A DNA stretch of 32,000 nucleotides from Acaryochloris marina S15 (GCF_018336915.1 NZ_CP064923.1:5340001-5372000); one strand, 5' to 3'. Shown: positions 9,564 through 19,373, numbered from the stretch's first letter. Numbers and translations: made by a program. The notes: generated from the letters alone by a model not told the origin.

Positions 9564-10466
9564 GGTCGTGCATCAAACAATTGTGGGGTAGGTGAGTATG
9601 TCATCCCAATGCCAAGCTCGCGAGGCTAGATCAGCACGTTGTGCCGCCGTTGTTTTAAGCCGACTGTGTGTCCAAATCCAATTGAAATAGCTGACCACTA
9701 ATCGAGCAGTGACTTTGGTTTGCGCCCACACTTTGCCAAATTTGTTCTGGCGTCGATGCCATCGACCACTGTGCTGTCGAATAATGCCATTGGTGCGTTC
9801 GAGTCGTTGAGTTCTGTCCTTGCCAATGTAATGGTCAATCTTCCAAGGCAACACTCTTTCGTAACCACCCCAATCGTCGCTATTCCAGTCCTTGCAATCG
9901 GTCTTACCTTCAGTGCTAATCACCAGTTCATTCAATAATGAATCGGTGTGCTTGCCCACACGACACGAGAGGATCACGCCGCTTGTGTTTGCCAAGGTAA
10001 TCGCCATCCAACAATCACCCATCTCTAGCTCATGGGGAAGACAGTGTTTTTGCTTTTTTTCACAAAGGACCACATTTCATCTGCACTGACATCCTCCGTT
10101 TCAACGGCTTGCACTTGGCCATTATGGAGTTGCTGAGATCGTTGGCTAGCAGCTCTTACTAGAGAGACTACAGTGTTGTAAGCTAGGCCACTGGTCCGAG
10201 TGATACCTCGAAGACTACTCCCTTCTGCATGGGCTTGGAGGACTTGTCGGACCTGCTCTGGACTCACCTGACGACGATAGTAAAGGGTATCAAAGCGTTC
10301 GGTAAAGGTCTGCTGGCACTCAGGACAACGGTATCGTTGAAGCATGTTGGGCATCTTGCCATGCTTGTATGCTTTGGAATGACCGCATAGTGGGCATTGC
10401 ATGGGTAGGTTAGAAGCTGAGCTGAGCCTCTAGTATACTCAACCCACAATTACTTGAGGCACGACC
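9564..10466 (-). mobile_element. IS1-family insertion sequence (903 bp) with an 8-bp target-site duplication
   Basis: Inverted repeats: GGTCGTGCATCAAACAATTGTGGG (9564-) versus the reverse complement of the right end, GGTCGTGCCTCAAGTAATTGTGGG, matching at 21 of 24. A perfect direct repeat GATGCGAC flanks the element at 9556-9563 and 10467-10474. Confidence 0.9.
9573..10402 (-). CDS. IS1-family transposase InsA/InsAB', two frames joined by a programmed -1 frameshift
   Basis: ORF 10025-10402 encodes a zinc-finger/HTH InsA-like protein (CPLCGHSKAYKHG...CPECQ). ORF 9573-10073 carries the catalytic part (DCWMAITL..., WNSDDWGGY, RTNGIIRQ). The overlap contains an A7 run on the coding strand (T7 at 10054-10060). 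Confidence 0.85.
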
Positions 10467-10787
10467 GATGCGACGATACATTTTTTGCGATCGCTAGCTC
10501 AAATCGCCCAATCACAAAATCTGACCTATGCACACTTCATTAAGCTAATTCTGACCACGACTTGTCACCGCTGGAGTCTAGGGCTCAGTGCTCATAAACC
10601 TTAGGTGATGATTCAATGATTACTAATCTGACCCGAGCTGGCCAAATATTCTGTCAAACTTATGCTTGAAAAAATAGCGATCTCCTATGAAATATTAGAG
10701 CAACTCCAACGTATTAATTATTGATAATTATGCATAAAACCCATGAATATAAATGATGAGTAATATGTAGAACTACTGCCTCCTATC

Positions 10788-12503
10788 ATGGTTAAGCAAA
10801 CTGTTTCCGGCAAAATTTCTCGACAATTTGATCAATCACCCTTTAGAGATACATTAATTGAAATTTGGGACCGAGATTTTGGGCTAGATGACCTAGTCGG
10901 TTCAGGGAGAACCAATGATAATGGTGAGTTCAACATTGAATATGATACGGATGATGCTGGTGACACCCCGGATCTAACCGTTAAGGTTATCCGCTTGGAC
11001 TATCAAAGTCAGCCTCATGTGATTTACGAGGAAGATGGCCCCAGGAATGTAGAAGGAGACTATGATTTTGGGCCAATTTCGATTGCTGATTGGGGATATG
11101 ATCCTGATTATGCAGTGCCACTAATACGCTCCCAAGGAGCAGGTATTTTTGCCTCTCCCCAGAACTTTGTCGCACCACAGACTCGTAAAATACTGCTCAA
11201 AGCAGTCCCATGGAGCCTGAAAAGGCAGAATGCCGGACAACAACCATCATCCGAAGCAGCACAAACCGTTTTTCCAGAGAATCTTACTATCAAGAATGAT
11301 GCATCTAGAGGAGATCAGTTCTTTGTTAAGGCAACTTTAAATGGTTTTGCGCCAGCGCTAATGACCCAAGATGGCAATGGGCAGTTTCATGTTCGCTATA
11401 ACTTAGATCAATATAGATGGGATGAAACTCACCAAGCACCTAGTGTGCATTTAACAATGGTGAAGGATGCCAATAGTAATCTTATTCCCAAAAAAATTGA
11501 ATGGAAACTCAGAAAAATTGCGTCTTTCCCTCCTGAATTTGTGGATGATGGTTCGGCTGAACCTGGAGAAGGGGCAAAATGGGAACAAGCTAAGCTGTAT
11601 TTCCGGATTGCTGAATTTATTGATGGACAGGTTAAGGGGCATTTAGGCAGAGGACATTTAAATGTGGGGCAGTATGCTATCTCCCTCTATCGGAATATTC
11701 AAAAAAGTCCAATCCTGAAACTACTCCATCCTCATTTAAAGGGTGTTTCCGCAATTAACACATTTGGGAAAGATATTATCTTTGGGGAGCAAGGAGTATT
11801 AGCCCTTTCCCCCCTTAACTCAGCATCTTTAATTGATGTAATGAGAGATGATCTAGGTCAATGTAATTGGAAGAGCTGGTCACCCAGAAATGAGGTGAAT
11901 ACTACAGGACAACACTCTTATGCAAAGATTCAGAATCTGTATTGGAATATTCTCAATGAATACGTCGATAAGTTCTTTTCACTGTATGAAGACAAAATAA
12001 AATTAGATTGGAAAGAAATTTACTATTTCTCAAAAGATCTAGTCAATCACAGTGTTCCATTTGTTCCTCCATCCATAGCAGATGGAGAACAGTATGTTGA
12101 TAATAATGAAATTAGTGTTGATAGGCCTGCGAATCAAAAAGCGATTAGTCCTATCACAGAAACGATGACTCATCCTGGTGACCAGGATATCCAGAATCTC
12201 AAACAAGCCTGTGCTTACGCGATTTATCATGCAACGATTTGGCATGATTGGCGAAATGATAATCAAGCTAATTATGGAGGAGAAATTGATTATGCTCGCT
12301 TAGCGCTTGATTACTCTGTTGAAGATGCTGCTTTTCAGCTGTTTATCGTCAATATTCTAGTAGATGTCAAGCATGGATATTTAACGAAGAATGAAGAAAA
12401 CGATATTCCTAGAGAATTTATTGCAATTCTGAAGAGAGAGCGTGAAAACTTTGAAGAACTTGGTTATGATTTGCGAGATTTACGATCGCGAATCAATATC
12501 TAA
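10788..12503 (+). CDS. lipoxygenase-family protein (mini-LOX, 571 aa) with a transthyretin/carboxypeptidase-regulatory-like N-terminal beta domain in place of PLAT
   Basis: Iron-ligand pattern: H-x4-H in GHLGRGHLNVGQYAIS (~11639-11656). LLHPHLKGVSAINTFG matches the LOX LLHPH..T..IN block (~11721). H-x3-N occurs in WHDWRN (~12240-12257). The C-terminal residue is Ile (RINI*), the carboxylate ligand of lipoxygenases. Confidence 0.75.
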   Translation: MVKQTVSGKISRQFDQSPFRDTLIEIWDRDFGLDDLVGSGRTNDNGEFNIEYDTDDAGDTPDLTVKVIRLDYQSQPHVIYEEDGPRNVEGDYDFGPISIADWGYDPDYAVPLIRSQGAGIFASPQNFVAPQTRKILLKAVPWSLKRQNAGQQPSSEAAQTVFPENLTIKNDASRGDQFFVKATLNGFAPALMTQDGNGQFHVRYNLDQYRWDETHQAPSVHLTMVKDANSNLIPKKIEWKLRKIASFPPEFVDDGSAEPGEGAKWEQAKLYFRIAEFIDGQVKGHLGRGHLNVGQYAISLYRNIQKSPILKLLHPHLKGVSAINTFGKDIIFGEQGVLALSPLNSASLIDVMRDDLGQCNWKSWSPRNEVNTTGQHSYAKIQNLYWNILNEYVDKFFSLYEDKIKLDWKEIYYFSKDLVNHSVPFVPPSIADGEQYVDNNEISVDRPANQKAISPITETMTHPGDQDIQNLKQACAYAIYHATIWHDWRNDNQANYGGEIDYARLALDYSVEDAAFQLFIVNILVDVKHGYLTKNEENDIPREFIAILKRERENFEELGYDLRDLRSRINI

Positions 12504-13111
12504 ATCATAGGAATATCTTGAGCCTAACTCTCCAATCCATAGCCTTTCTATCGCAGACTGGAAGAGAGTTAGGCTTGAGCAGTATAGCCTTAGAGTTGGT
12601 AAATTCTTCCAAACCTAAGATATCAAAGTGGTTGAATCTAGTCGAATCAGCAATGTCACCCCTTCCGTACCCTAGAAAAGGCTTCCTGACAGTTATCCAA
12701 CCATAATATCAAGCAAAACCATCAGTCATTTCGGAATAATTTGGGTGTTTGTACGTCACTACCATGTGTCTTTATAAAATAAAATGACAGGCGTTACTTA
12801 TATTCAAGCACTCAGTATTTAGATAGAATTATTCCATCAAATAAAAGCATTAAAAACCACTAATAAAAATCTGATATCATTAAATATTTTTCTTGCAAAA
12901 GTATTTTAAGCGAAATACTTTGCTAATTATACTCTTCAATAATTCATTAGATCTATGAGTGATAGTGACCAGACTCACTGTAGATATTCTCGCTTATTCT
13001 TATGATAAAAACAATATTTCCTGCAAGAGCTGATGGCATAATTTCCAGCTTTTGGTAGATAAATTGATTGCTCCTGAATCTTGAATGCTGTTATTAAATT
13101 CTGCTTGAAAG

Positions 13112-14476
13112 ATGTATACCAATTCTGTGCCTATTGACGAGCCTGCTCAGTTATCTGAGTTCAATATGTTACTGAACCAGTATCGTGTCAGCTTGCAAAT
13201 CTTTGATCGCCCAAAGGCAAAATTTAAGCCCGAAGAAATTCTCAATCTTTTGACCTGTCGTGATCAGATCCAGGTCCATATGACAGAGCGATCCTTGCTG
13301 AGTTCGCAGCAGCTATTGCGGCTAGCTGATTTAGATTGCTATCTCAAAAAATATGAGGTCTTGATTGCCACTCACCTTGACTTAGAAGCTTGGCAGCAGT
13401 TGGTTCATCCGCCCCGAACCTCTTGGTGGTGGTTTCTCAGGGCTCCAGAACCCAGGCATTGGTGGAACGAATATGATTGGCTGTTCAATGCTGGAACACT
13501 AGTTGTGTTGACTATCTCAGCCAGTTTAATTACCGATACTGCTACCCGTCTATTCTCGGGTGGCATCGACTTAGGCTCAACGTTAGTGATCTCGGGGCAA
13601 AGCCTATTGGCCTTGCTTGCGGGGGGAGGAGCTTTAACTCAAGCGGGGCGACAAGCCTATGAGCGTCTTCTCAGTCGGCTACGGATCAATAAGCACTATT
13701 GGCAGGAGGCGAGTTTTACCTTCGCCCTGCTCCTGGTTTTAAGTTTGGCAGGCATCCATTCTGCATTGCCTAGATTTGCGGAAATGGCCAACCAGAATGG
13801 TGAAGCTCACTATCAGAATGGCAAGTTAGACAGTGCTCGTAAAGACTTTAGTCGGGCGATTGCGCTGAAGCAAGACTTTCCCAAGGCTCATTTCAATTTG
13901 GCCTTGGTCCATGAAGATTTGCAGCAGCTTGAAGACGCGAAAGCACAGTACCAACTCGTGGTGACCCAGAAAGACCTTGTAAATTGTAATGCTGCCAATG
14001 CTGACCATTGCGATGATCTGATGATTTGGCTCCAGGCTCATAACAATCTGGCTGAGCTGGATATTGTCGATGAAGAGTATGGTAAAGCGGCTCCGCTATT
14101 GCAGGCAGGGTTACGGAAGCTAGAACAACAGGGAAATACAAAGACTCCTGTAGGCAAACAACTGAAATACAACCTCCTCAAGAACTTAGGGTGGGCACGG
14201 TTAAATCAAACGTTTTTCTCGGAAGCTGAGAATTATCTCAAACAGGCTACCCGTATGGAACCTCAAGCACCTGATTCATTCTGTATGCTGGCTAAATTAT
14301 CTGAAGCGAAGAATGAGAAGCAGAAAGCACTACCCGATTGGAAAAAGTGTCTGATTAAAGCCCAAAAAAATCCAATTGTCTTGGAGACACAACCAGAAGT
14401 GAATCAATGGGTCGCTGAAGCGCAAGAACGGCTCTCAGCAGCTAGAGATGCAAAGCAGGAGAACGCCAAAGCCTAA
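13112..14476 (+). CDS. membrane-anchored TPR-repeat protein, function unknown
   Basis: 454 aa. The central hydrophobic segments are LFNAGTLVVLTISASLI, LVISGQSLLALLAGGGAL and ASFTFALLLVLSLAGI. TPR-like repeats follow (AHYQNGKLDSARKDFSRAIALKQDFPKAHFNLALVH...). Confidence 0.55.
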   Translation: MYTNSVPIDEPAQLSEFNMLLNQYRVSLQIFDRPKAKFKPEEILNLLTCRDQIQVHMTERSLLSSQQLLRLADLDCYLKKYEVLIATHLDLEAWQQLVHPPRTSWWWFLRAPEPRHWWNEYDWLFNAGTLVVLTISASLITDTATRLFSGGIDLGSTLVISGQSLLALLAGGGALTQAGRQAYERLLSRLRINKHYWQEASFTFALLLVLSLAGIHSALPRFAEMANQNGEAHYQNGKLDSARKDFSRAIALKQDFPKAHFNLALVHEDLQQLEDAKAQYQLVVTQKDLVNCNAANADHCDDLMIWLQAHNNLAELDIVDEEYGKAAPLLQAGLRKLEQQGNTKTPVGKQLKYNLLKNLGWARLNQTFFSEAENYLKQATRMEPQAPDSFCMLAKLSEAKNEKQKALPDWKKCLIKAQKNPIVLETQPEVNQWVAEAQERLSAARDAKQENAKA

Positions 14477-14492
14477 CGATGCCATCTGTTAC

Positions 14493-14600
14493 TCAAGACA
14501 CAAACTGATTAACGCAGAACAGGAGACAGCCGTTGCAAGTGGCAGGTTGAGGAATAGTATCTGCTGCAGACACAATGCGATCGCTCTATTGTTTATCTCC
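14493..14600 (-). pseudogene. relic of the 3' end of a ChrR-type cupin anti-sigma factor gene, paralogous to 18046-18150
   Basis: The minus strand translates to ...GDKQ*SDRIVSAADTIPQPATCNGCLLFCVNQFVS*. The C-terminus of the intact gene at 18046 reads ...YQRGDRIISAADTIHQPSTRNGCLLFCMASMDNQFVS*. There is an in-frame stop and no upstream coding continuation. DNA similarity is visible, e.g. AGGAGACAGCCGTTGC in both. Confidence 0.7.
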
Positions 14601-14652
14601 CTGTCCTTGATTGAAATGTCCACTTTGGTAGGGATAAGGTCGTTAGTAAAAT

Positions 14653-15213
14653 TTAAACTTCCGTTGCGATCAATTTCAATAAGACTGTTTCTGTCTCTTG
14701 GAATAGATCAGGTTGTTTCATAACCAGTACCAAAAGTGTTGTTCCTTGCAATGCGCCAATAATGTGGCGGGCCATGGCAGCAGAACTATGGTTCTGTCCT
14801 AAGGCAATGGTTGTCCAATCCATCAAGAACGTTACAAAATGATTGACGGCTTCAGCGACTGGAGACGGCAGATCTAACGTCTCAGAGCCTAATGCACAAC
14901 ATAGACAGGGGACTCCATCCTCGATCAAGGCATCCTGATAGATCAGACAAAGCCGATGAATGCGGTCTTGCACGTCTTCCTGCGGATCGTCAGGGGCACC
15001 GAGGGCTGTAAGGATGCGTTCGGCATAGCGTTCTACGACTACTTTGCCCAAATTGGACTTTTTAGGGAAGTGATAATGAACACTCGATCCCTTGATGCCC
15101 ACATCGGCTGCAAGATCCCGATAGCTAACGGCATCAAAGCCACCTCGACGCATTCGGATTTCAGCGGCATCAAGAATTTCGAGAGCTTTTTCAGAATAAT
15201 GGGGGCGAGTCAT
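14653..15213 (-). CDS. TetR/AcrR-family transcriptional regulator
   Basis: 186 aa. N-terminal HTH: FDAVSYRDLAADVGIKGSSVHYHFPKKSNL. Confidence 0.85.
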   Translation of the reverse strand: MTRPHYSEKALEILDAAEIRMRRGGFDAVSYRDLAADVGIKGSSVHYHFPKKSNLGKVVVERYAERILTALGAPDDPQEDVQDRIHRLCLIYQDALIEDGVPCLCCALGSETLDLPSPVAEAVNHFVTFLMDWTTIALGQNHSSAAMARHIIGALQGTTLLVLVMKQPDLFQETETVLLKLIATEV

Positions 15214-15275
15214 AGATTCATTATCTAACGTCCAACCAGGGTTGACAAACCAGGCGAGTATTAGATACGGTTTGA

Positions 15276-15289
15276 CTAACGAGCGTTAG
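15276..15289. promoter_or_regulatory. candidate TetR operator palindrome CTAACG-AG-CGTTAG
   Basis: A 6-bp-arm palindrome lies about 65 bp upstream of the TetR start. The half-site TCTAACG recurs at about 15224-15230. The assignment to TetR is inference only. Confidence 0.25.
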
Positions 15290-15556
15290 ATGGATTAGCC
15301 GAGTATTTAGGATTGACGGCGTATTCACTACTTTAGACAAGATTCCTTAAAAATTAGCAAATACAAGGTTGTCTCCAATCCCTATCGTGTCTCGAATAGA
15401 TATGACGGTGATGGTAGGTCTGGCATTTGCAGAATTTGCTAGGATTCTTCTTTCTAATCGATTGAATATGCTGAGGTCTTTGGTGGGCTTGAGTTTACGG
15501 GCTTTAGTGATAAAGGCCTGTGAGCAGCTCAGATCACGGGGGAAAGAAATTCAGCT

Positions 15557-17857
15557 ATGGCGGAACAATTACCATCTTTTGCTTGGCAGCAAGCCATTCT
15601 AGATAGTGCTGACTTCACTATTATTTCCACGGATCTGGATGGGATTATTCAGACCATTAATGGTGAGGCCCTTCGCAAACTCGGCTATGAGCCTGAAGAA
15701 GTGATTGGCAAGGTTACTCCTGCAATTATCCATGATCCTTATGAAGTAGAACAAAGAGCCCAACAGCTCTCTATAGAATTGGGGTGCCCTATTGAACCAG
15801 GCTGTGAAGTCTTTGTCGCTAAGGCTCGCTTGGGCATCGCGGATGAGAATATTTGGACCTATATCTGCAAGGATAAACGTCGTTTTTTGGTGCGTCTATC
15901 TGTTACGGCCTTGCATGATGACGCCGGAAATTTGATCGGTTTTTTGGGAATTGGTAAAAATATCTCCAGCCAACCAGAGATTGAAGAATCTTTGTTTGTC
16001 AGTGAAGCCCGATTCTCCGCAGCATTCAATTTTGCGGCCATCGGCATGGCGTTAGTCTCCCCTGATGGACAGTGCATTAGGGTCAATGACTCTCTATCAA
16101 AGCTGTTGGGTTATGCTCCCATTGAGTTACTTTCCCTGACCTTATCAACGATCGTTCATCCTGACGATCGAGAGATAGAGAGCCGTTATCGGCAAGGGCT
16201 GATCGCGAGAGAGATAGACAACTATCCTCTAGAACTGCGTTGTATCCATAAACAAGGGAGTTATGTTTGGGTATCCCTCACGGTTTCTCGATTAGATGGA
16301 CCGCAAGATCATTGCACATGCTGCATTGCCCAAATACAAGATATTTCTGAACGCAAACACGCAGTCGCTGATTTACAGCAACTCAATACTAATCTTGAGC
16401 GGCTTGTGCTGGAGCGTACGAGTCAATTACAACAAGCGATAGAAACGGCAGAAATTGCTAATCGAGCTAGGAGTCAGTTTCTAGCCAATATGAGTCATGA
16501 GTTTCGCACCCCTCTCAACGGGATTATGGGGTTTAGCCAACTCTTGCTGCAAGATAGTCGGATTGCCCCCGATCAGCAATCGAGCCTTAATGTGATTCAT
16601 CGGAGTGGGGAACACCTGCTCTCTTTAGTCAATGAAGTGATCACCTTGTCCAAAATTGAGGCAGGCATCCTCACCTATGAGATTAAAGATGTGAATCTCC
16701 CCCATCTCTGTGAGGGACTACAAGACTTATTTGCCATTCAGGCGACCTCTAAGGATCTTCTGTTTCACATTCACCTGGATTCAGATATTCCCCAATTTGT
16801 GAAAACCGATGCCAAAAAACTTCGGCAAATTTTGATCAATCTGATTGGAAATGGTCTCAAGTTTACGGAGCAGGGCAGTGTTGAATGTTTGGTGCACTGG
16901 CGACCGTCTACCCCGGAAGCGGTGACCCATGATTTATGTTTCACTATCCAAGATACGGGTCCAGGCATTTCCCCACAGTTGCTGCCTAAACTATTTGATC
17001 CTTTTATCCAAGACTCTTTAACCCGTGAGGAGTTTGGCGGTTTGGGGTTAGGGTTATCCATTTGCCAAAGATTTATCAAATTGATGCAGGGAGAAATCAC
17101 AATAGACAGTGTCGAAGGCCAAGGCACCTGTGTCAGTTTTTATATTCAAGTTGAACCCGGCGAGACTCAACAAGCGCCCCAACAATCGCAAACTACGGTT
17201 GTGGGTTTAGTAGAACATCAAACCCCTTATCGGATCCTCGTCGTGGAAGATCATCCTGATAATCGCCAAATCCTCGTCATGATTTTAGAAGCTGTTGGGT
17301 TTGAGGTTGCTGAAGCCGAGAATGGTCAGCAAGCTTTAGATCTGAACCAGACGTGGCAGCCTCATTTGATCTGGATGGATCTACAATTGCCCCTCTTAAA
17401 TGGTCTAGAGGCGACTCAACTCATTAAGGCTAATAATCCCAATCCACCGGTCATTATTGCTTTAACCGCTCAAGCCCTGGAATCAGATGAGGTAAAGGCC
17501 CTGAAAGCAGGATGTGATGACTATGTCCGTAAACCCTATCAAGCAGCCCAAATTTTTGAAAAAATGGCTCAGCATTTGGACATTACTTACTACTATAAAA
17601 CGCAAAATCACTCTGTTCATTCCCTAGCCCCTGTTCCTCTTACCGCCAAGACCTTAGCTCTGATGTCACCAGCGTGGGTTCAGCAGCTCCATGATGCTGC
17701 GATTCGGTTGGATGAAGATAGCCTGGGTCGTTTGCTGCAAGACATTCCCCAACCTCAACAAACGTTGATATCTTCACTGGAGTATTTAATCACCACTTAT
17801 CAATATGACACCATCATGGAAAAGTCCCAGGCTGCGTTGAGATCCATAACGAACTAG
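15557..17857 (+). CDS. hybrid sensor histidine kinase/response regulator (PAS-PAS-HisKA-HATPase-REC plus C-terminal tail)
   Basis: 766 aa. Two PAS-like modules ([18 protein letters not shown]...; [18 protein letters not shown]...). H-box [10 protein letters not shown]. The N/G boxes are [12 protein letters not shown] and DTGPGI. The receiver domain is [14 protein letters not shown]...WMDLQLP...KPY. Confidence 0.9.
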   Translation: MAEQLPSFAWQQAILDSADFTIISTDLDGIIQTINGEALRKLGYEPEEVIGKVTPAIIHDPYEVEQRAQQLSIELGCPIEPGCEVFVAKARLGIADENIWTYICKDKRRFLVRLSVTALHDDAGNLIGFLGIGKNISSQPEIEESLFVSEARFSAAFNFAAIGMALVSPDGQCIRVNDSLSKLLGYAPIELLSLTLSTIVHPDDREIESRYRQGLIAREIDNYPLELRCIHKQGSYVWVSLTVSRLDGPQDHCTCCIAQIQDISERKHAVADLQQLNTNLERLVLERTSQLQQAIETAEIANRARSQFLANMSHEFRTPLNGIMGFSQLLLQDSRIAPDQQSSLNVIHRSGEHLLSLVNEVITLSKIEAGILTYEIKDVNLPHLCEGLQDLFAIQATSKDLLFHIHLDSDIPQFVKTDAKKLRQILINLIGNGLKFTEQGSVECLVHWRPSTPEAVTHDLCFTIQDTGPGISPQLLPKLFDPFIQDSLTREEFGGLGLGLSICQRFIKLMQGEITIDSVEGQGTCVSFYIQVEPGETQQAPQQSQTTVVGLVEHQTPYRILVVEDHPDNRQILVMILEAVGFEVAEAENGQQALDLNQTWQPHLIWMDLQLPLLNGLEATQLIKANNPNPPVIIALTAQALESDEVKALKAGCDDYVRKPYQAAQIFEKMAQHLDITYYYKTQNHSVHSLAPVPLTAKTLALMSPAWVQQLHDAAIRLDEDSLGRLLQDIPQPQQTLISSLEYLITTYQYDTIMEKSQAALRSITN

Positions 17858-18045
17858 AATCACGGCAAGTTAAAGGGAGGGGTAAGTACTATCAAACTGA
17901 TGGACCATGCATAGCGATCTTGAGGAACAGCCATAACCGATGCGCCATCTCTGATGGGTTTGCTCACCCCTCGATCAGCCTTAGGAGTCACAGGTCGGAG
18001 ACAGCTAAAAGATATGCAGATGGTATCAAGATTAAATGGATAGAT

Positions 18046-18654
18046 TTATGAGACAAACTGATTGTCCATGGATGCCATGCAAAAGAGGAGACAGCCGTTG
18101 CGGGTAGAAGGCTGATGGATAGTATCGGCGGCAGAAATAATCCGATCACCCCGTTGATACACTTGTTCATCCACCACTAGATCACCAGCCAAAACTAAGA
18201 TTTCTTCTCCGGCTGCGTGATGATGTTTAGGAAATAGTCCCTCTTGGTCAGACTTCACAAAGAAAGCTAGTTCACGATGGAGGGTGTTGGCTTGGTACAC
18301 CGCATGCTTAAACTTACCCGGACCCTTTAGATCCTGCCATTCCACTTGGGTGGATAACTCAATGAGTTCATCAATCGGTGTAGACATGAGCTGGTAAAGC
18401 TCAGATGCTTTGAGCGTTGTGGCGTCAATGCGCTGGAACAGCCGATCTTTGAGATTGGGTGACATGGGTATGGCTGGAACGCTGTATGGGATCGCAGATA
18501 CCGCATCTTCAAACCCGGCAATTTCAGGTGCGAGTTCCTCGGCTGAATATTTTGCCACTGGCTGCTGTTCCGCATCATCCAGGGCACCCATTGCCGACAA
18601 GGCCGCCCAGTTAGAAAGCTCTTCAGAATTGGATTGTGGGGCTGGGTGATTCAT
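18046..18654 (-). CDS. soluble anti-sigma factor, ChrR-like: RskA-type N-terminal sigma-binding region plus C-terminal cupin
   Basis: 202 aa. The N-terminus reads LSNWAALSAMGALDDAE...SPNLKDRLFQRI and has no HxxxCxxC zinc motif and no TM segment. Cupin motif 1 is intact: HHHAAGEEILVLAG, i.e. HxH-x3-E-x6-G. The gene lies downstream of an ECF sigma gene. Confidence 0.7.
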   Translation of the reverse strand: MNHPAPQSNSEELSNWAALSAMGALDDAEQQPVAKYSAEELAPEIAGFEDAVSAIPYSVPAIPMSPNLKDRLFQRIDATTLKASELYQLMSTPIDELIELSTQVEWQDLKGPGKFKHAVYQANTLHRELAFFVKSDQEGLFPKHHHAAGEEILVLAGDLVVDEQVYQRGDRIISAADTIHQPSTRNGCLLFCMASMDNQFVS

Positions 18655-18806
18655 AGCTACATCTTAGCCTGTGGTTGATGGAGATGCTTAATAGAGAGGG
18701 GCGAAGCGGATTCGCTGAGATGAGTTGATAAAGAGCCTATACCAGTATTACGTTGTCAATCAGACTTTGGATCTATCTATCGGTATATTTCTGGCATTTT
18801 TGCTCC

Positions 18807-19373
18807 TTATCGTTGATCGAGAATGCCACGTAATTTACTTAAGCCCAACCGAATTCGGGTTTTGACGGTGCCTAAGGATAGGCCCGTTTGTTTGACAATT
18901 TCTGATTGGGATAACCCTTGAAAATAGGCCAGCTCAATGACTTGCTGTTGTTCGGGGGGGATTTGGGCCATAGCGACTTGGACGAGATCGCGCCGCTCTT
19001 GAATCAGGACATGTTCTTCAGGCAAGGCCATTTTGGTGTCAGACTCGATGGGGGCGTTTACCGTGGACGCTTCCACGACCTTGGCCTGTCGCTGTCGTTT
19101 GCGAAGGCGATCTAAAGTGCGACTGCGGGCCTGCATAAATAGCCAGCTATCCACTCGACTACGGCTGCGATCATATTTAGAGGCGGTGCGCCAGACTTGA
19201 TCAAAGACATCCAAGACAACTTCTTCGGCTTCTTCGACGGACCCTAGCATTTTGTATGCGATCGCATACACAATACCCGCATATCGGTCATACAAGGTCG
19301 AGAGTGCCCCTTGATTATGTTCAGCCACTTGGTGGATTAAAACCAAGTCCTCACTGGTGTTTTGGACGGTCAT
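18807..19373 (-). CDS. ECF-type sigma-70 family RNA polymerase sigma factor
   Basis: Region 2: LYDRYAGIVYAIAYKMLGSVEEAEEVVLDVFDQVW. Region 4 HTH: LAYFQGLSQSEIVKQTGLSLGTVKTRIRLGLSKLR. ATG at 19373 is preferred. The track start at 19403 is a TTG 10 codons upstream. Confidence 0.85.
   Translation of the reverse strand: MTVQNTSEDLVLIHQVAEHNQGALSTLYDRYAGIVYAIAYKMLGSVEEAEEVVLDVFDQVWRTASKYDRSRSRVDSWLFMQARSRTLDRLRKRQRQAKVVEASTVNAPIESDTKMALPEEHVLIQERRDLVQVAMAQIPPEQQQVIELAYFQGLSQSEIVKQTGLSLGTVKTRIRLGLSKLRGILDQR

Noticed and set aside
4131-10466. A composite transposon formed by the two IS elements around the four-gene set.
   Set aside because: The elements belong to different families (IS630 and IS1). 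Each has its own terminal repeats, and the IS1 has its own target duplication, so there is no evidence that they mobilise the interval as a unit.
12521-12576. Inverted repeat after the lipoxygenase stop codon, considered as a rho-independent terminator.
   Set aside because: It has a 12-bp stem but a 32-nt loop and no downstream T-tract, so it is not a canonical intrinsic terminator. It is mentioned only within the spacer finding.
12518-12706. 62-aa ORF downstream of the lipoxygenase gene, and the 91-aa ORF at 14448-14723.
   Set aside because: The first spans the inverted repeat in an AT-rich spacer and has no motifs. The second runs antisense across the anti-sigma relic and into the TetR gene's 3' end. 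Neither looks coding.
15369-15602. 77-aa ORF upstream of and overlapping the histidine kinase start.
   Set aside because: It has no RBS and no recognisable domain, and it overlaps the well-supported kinase start. It is most likely intergenic or 5' UTR sequence.
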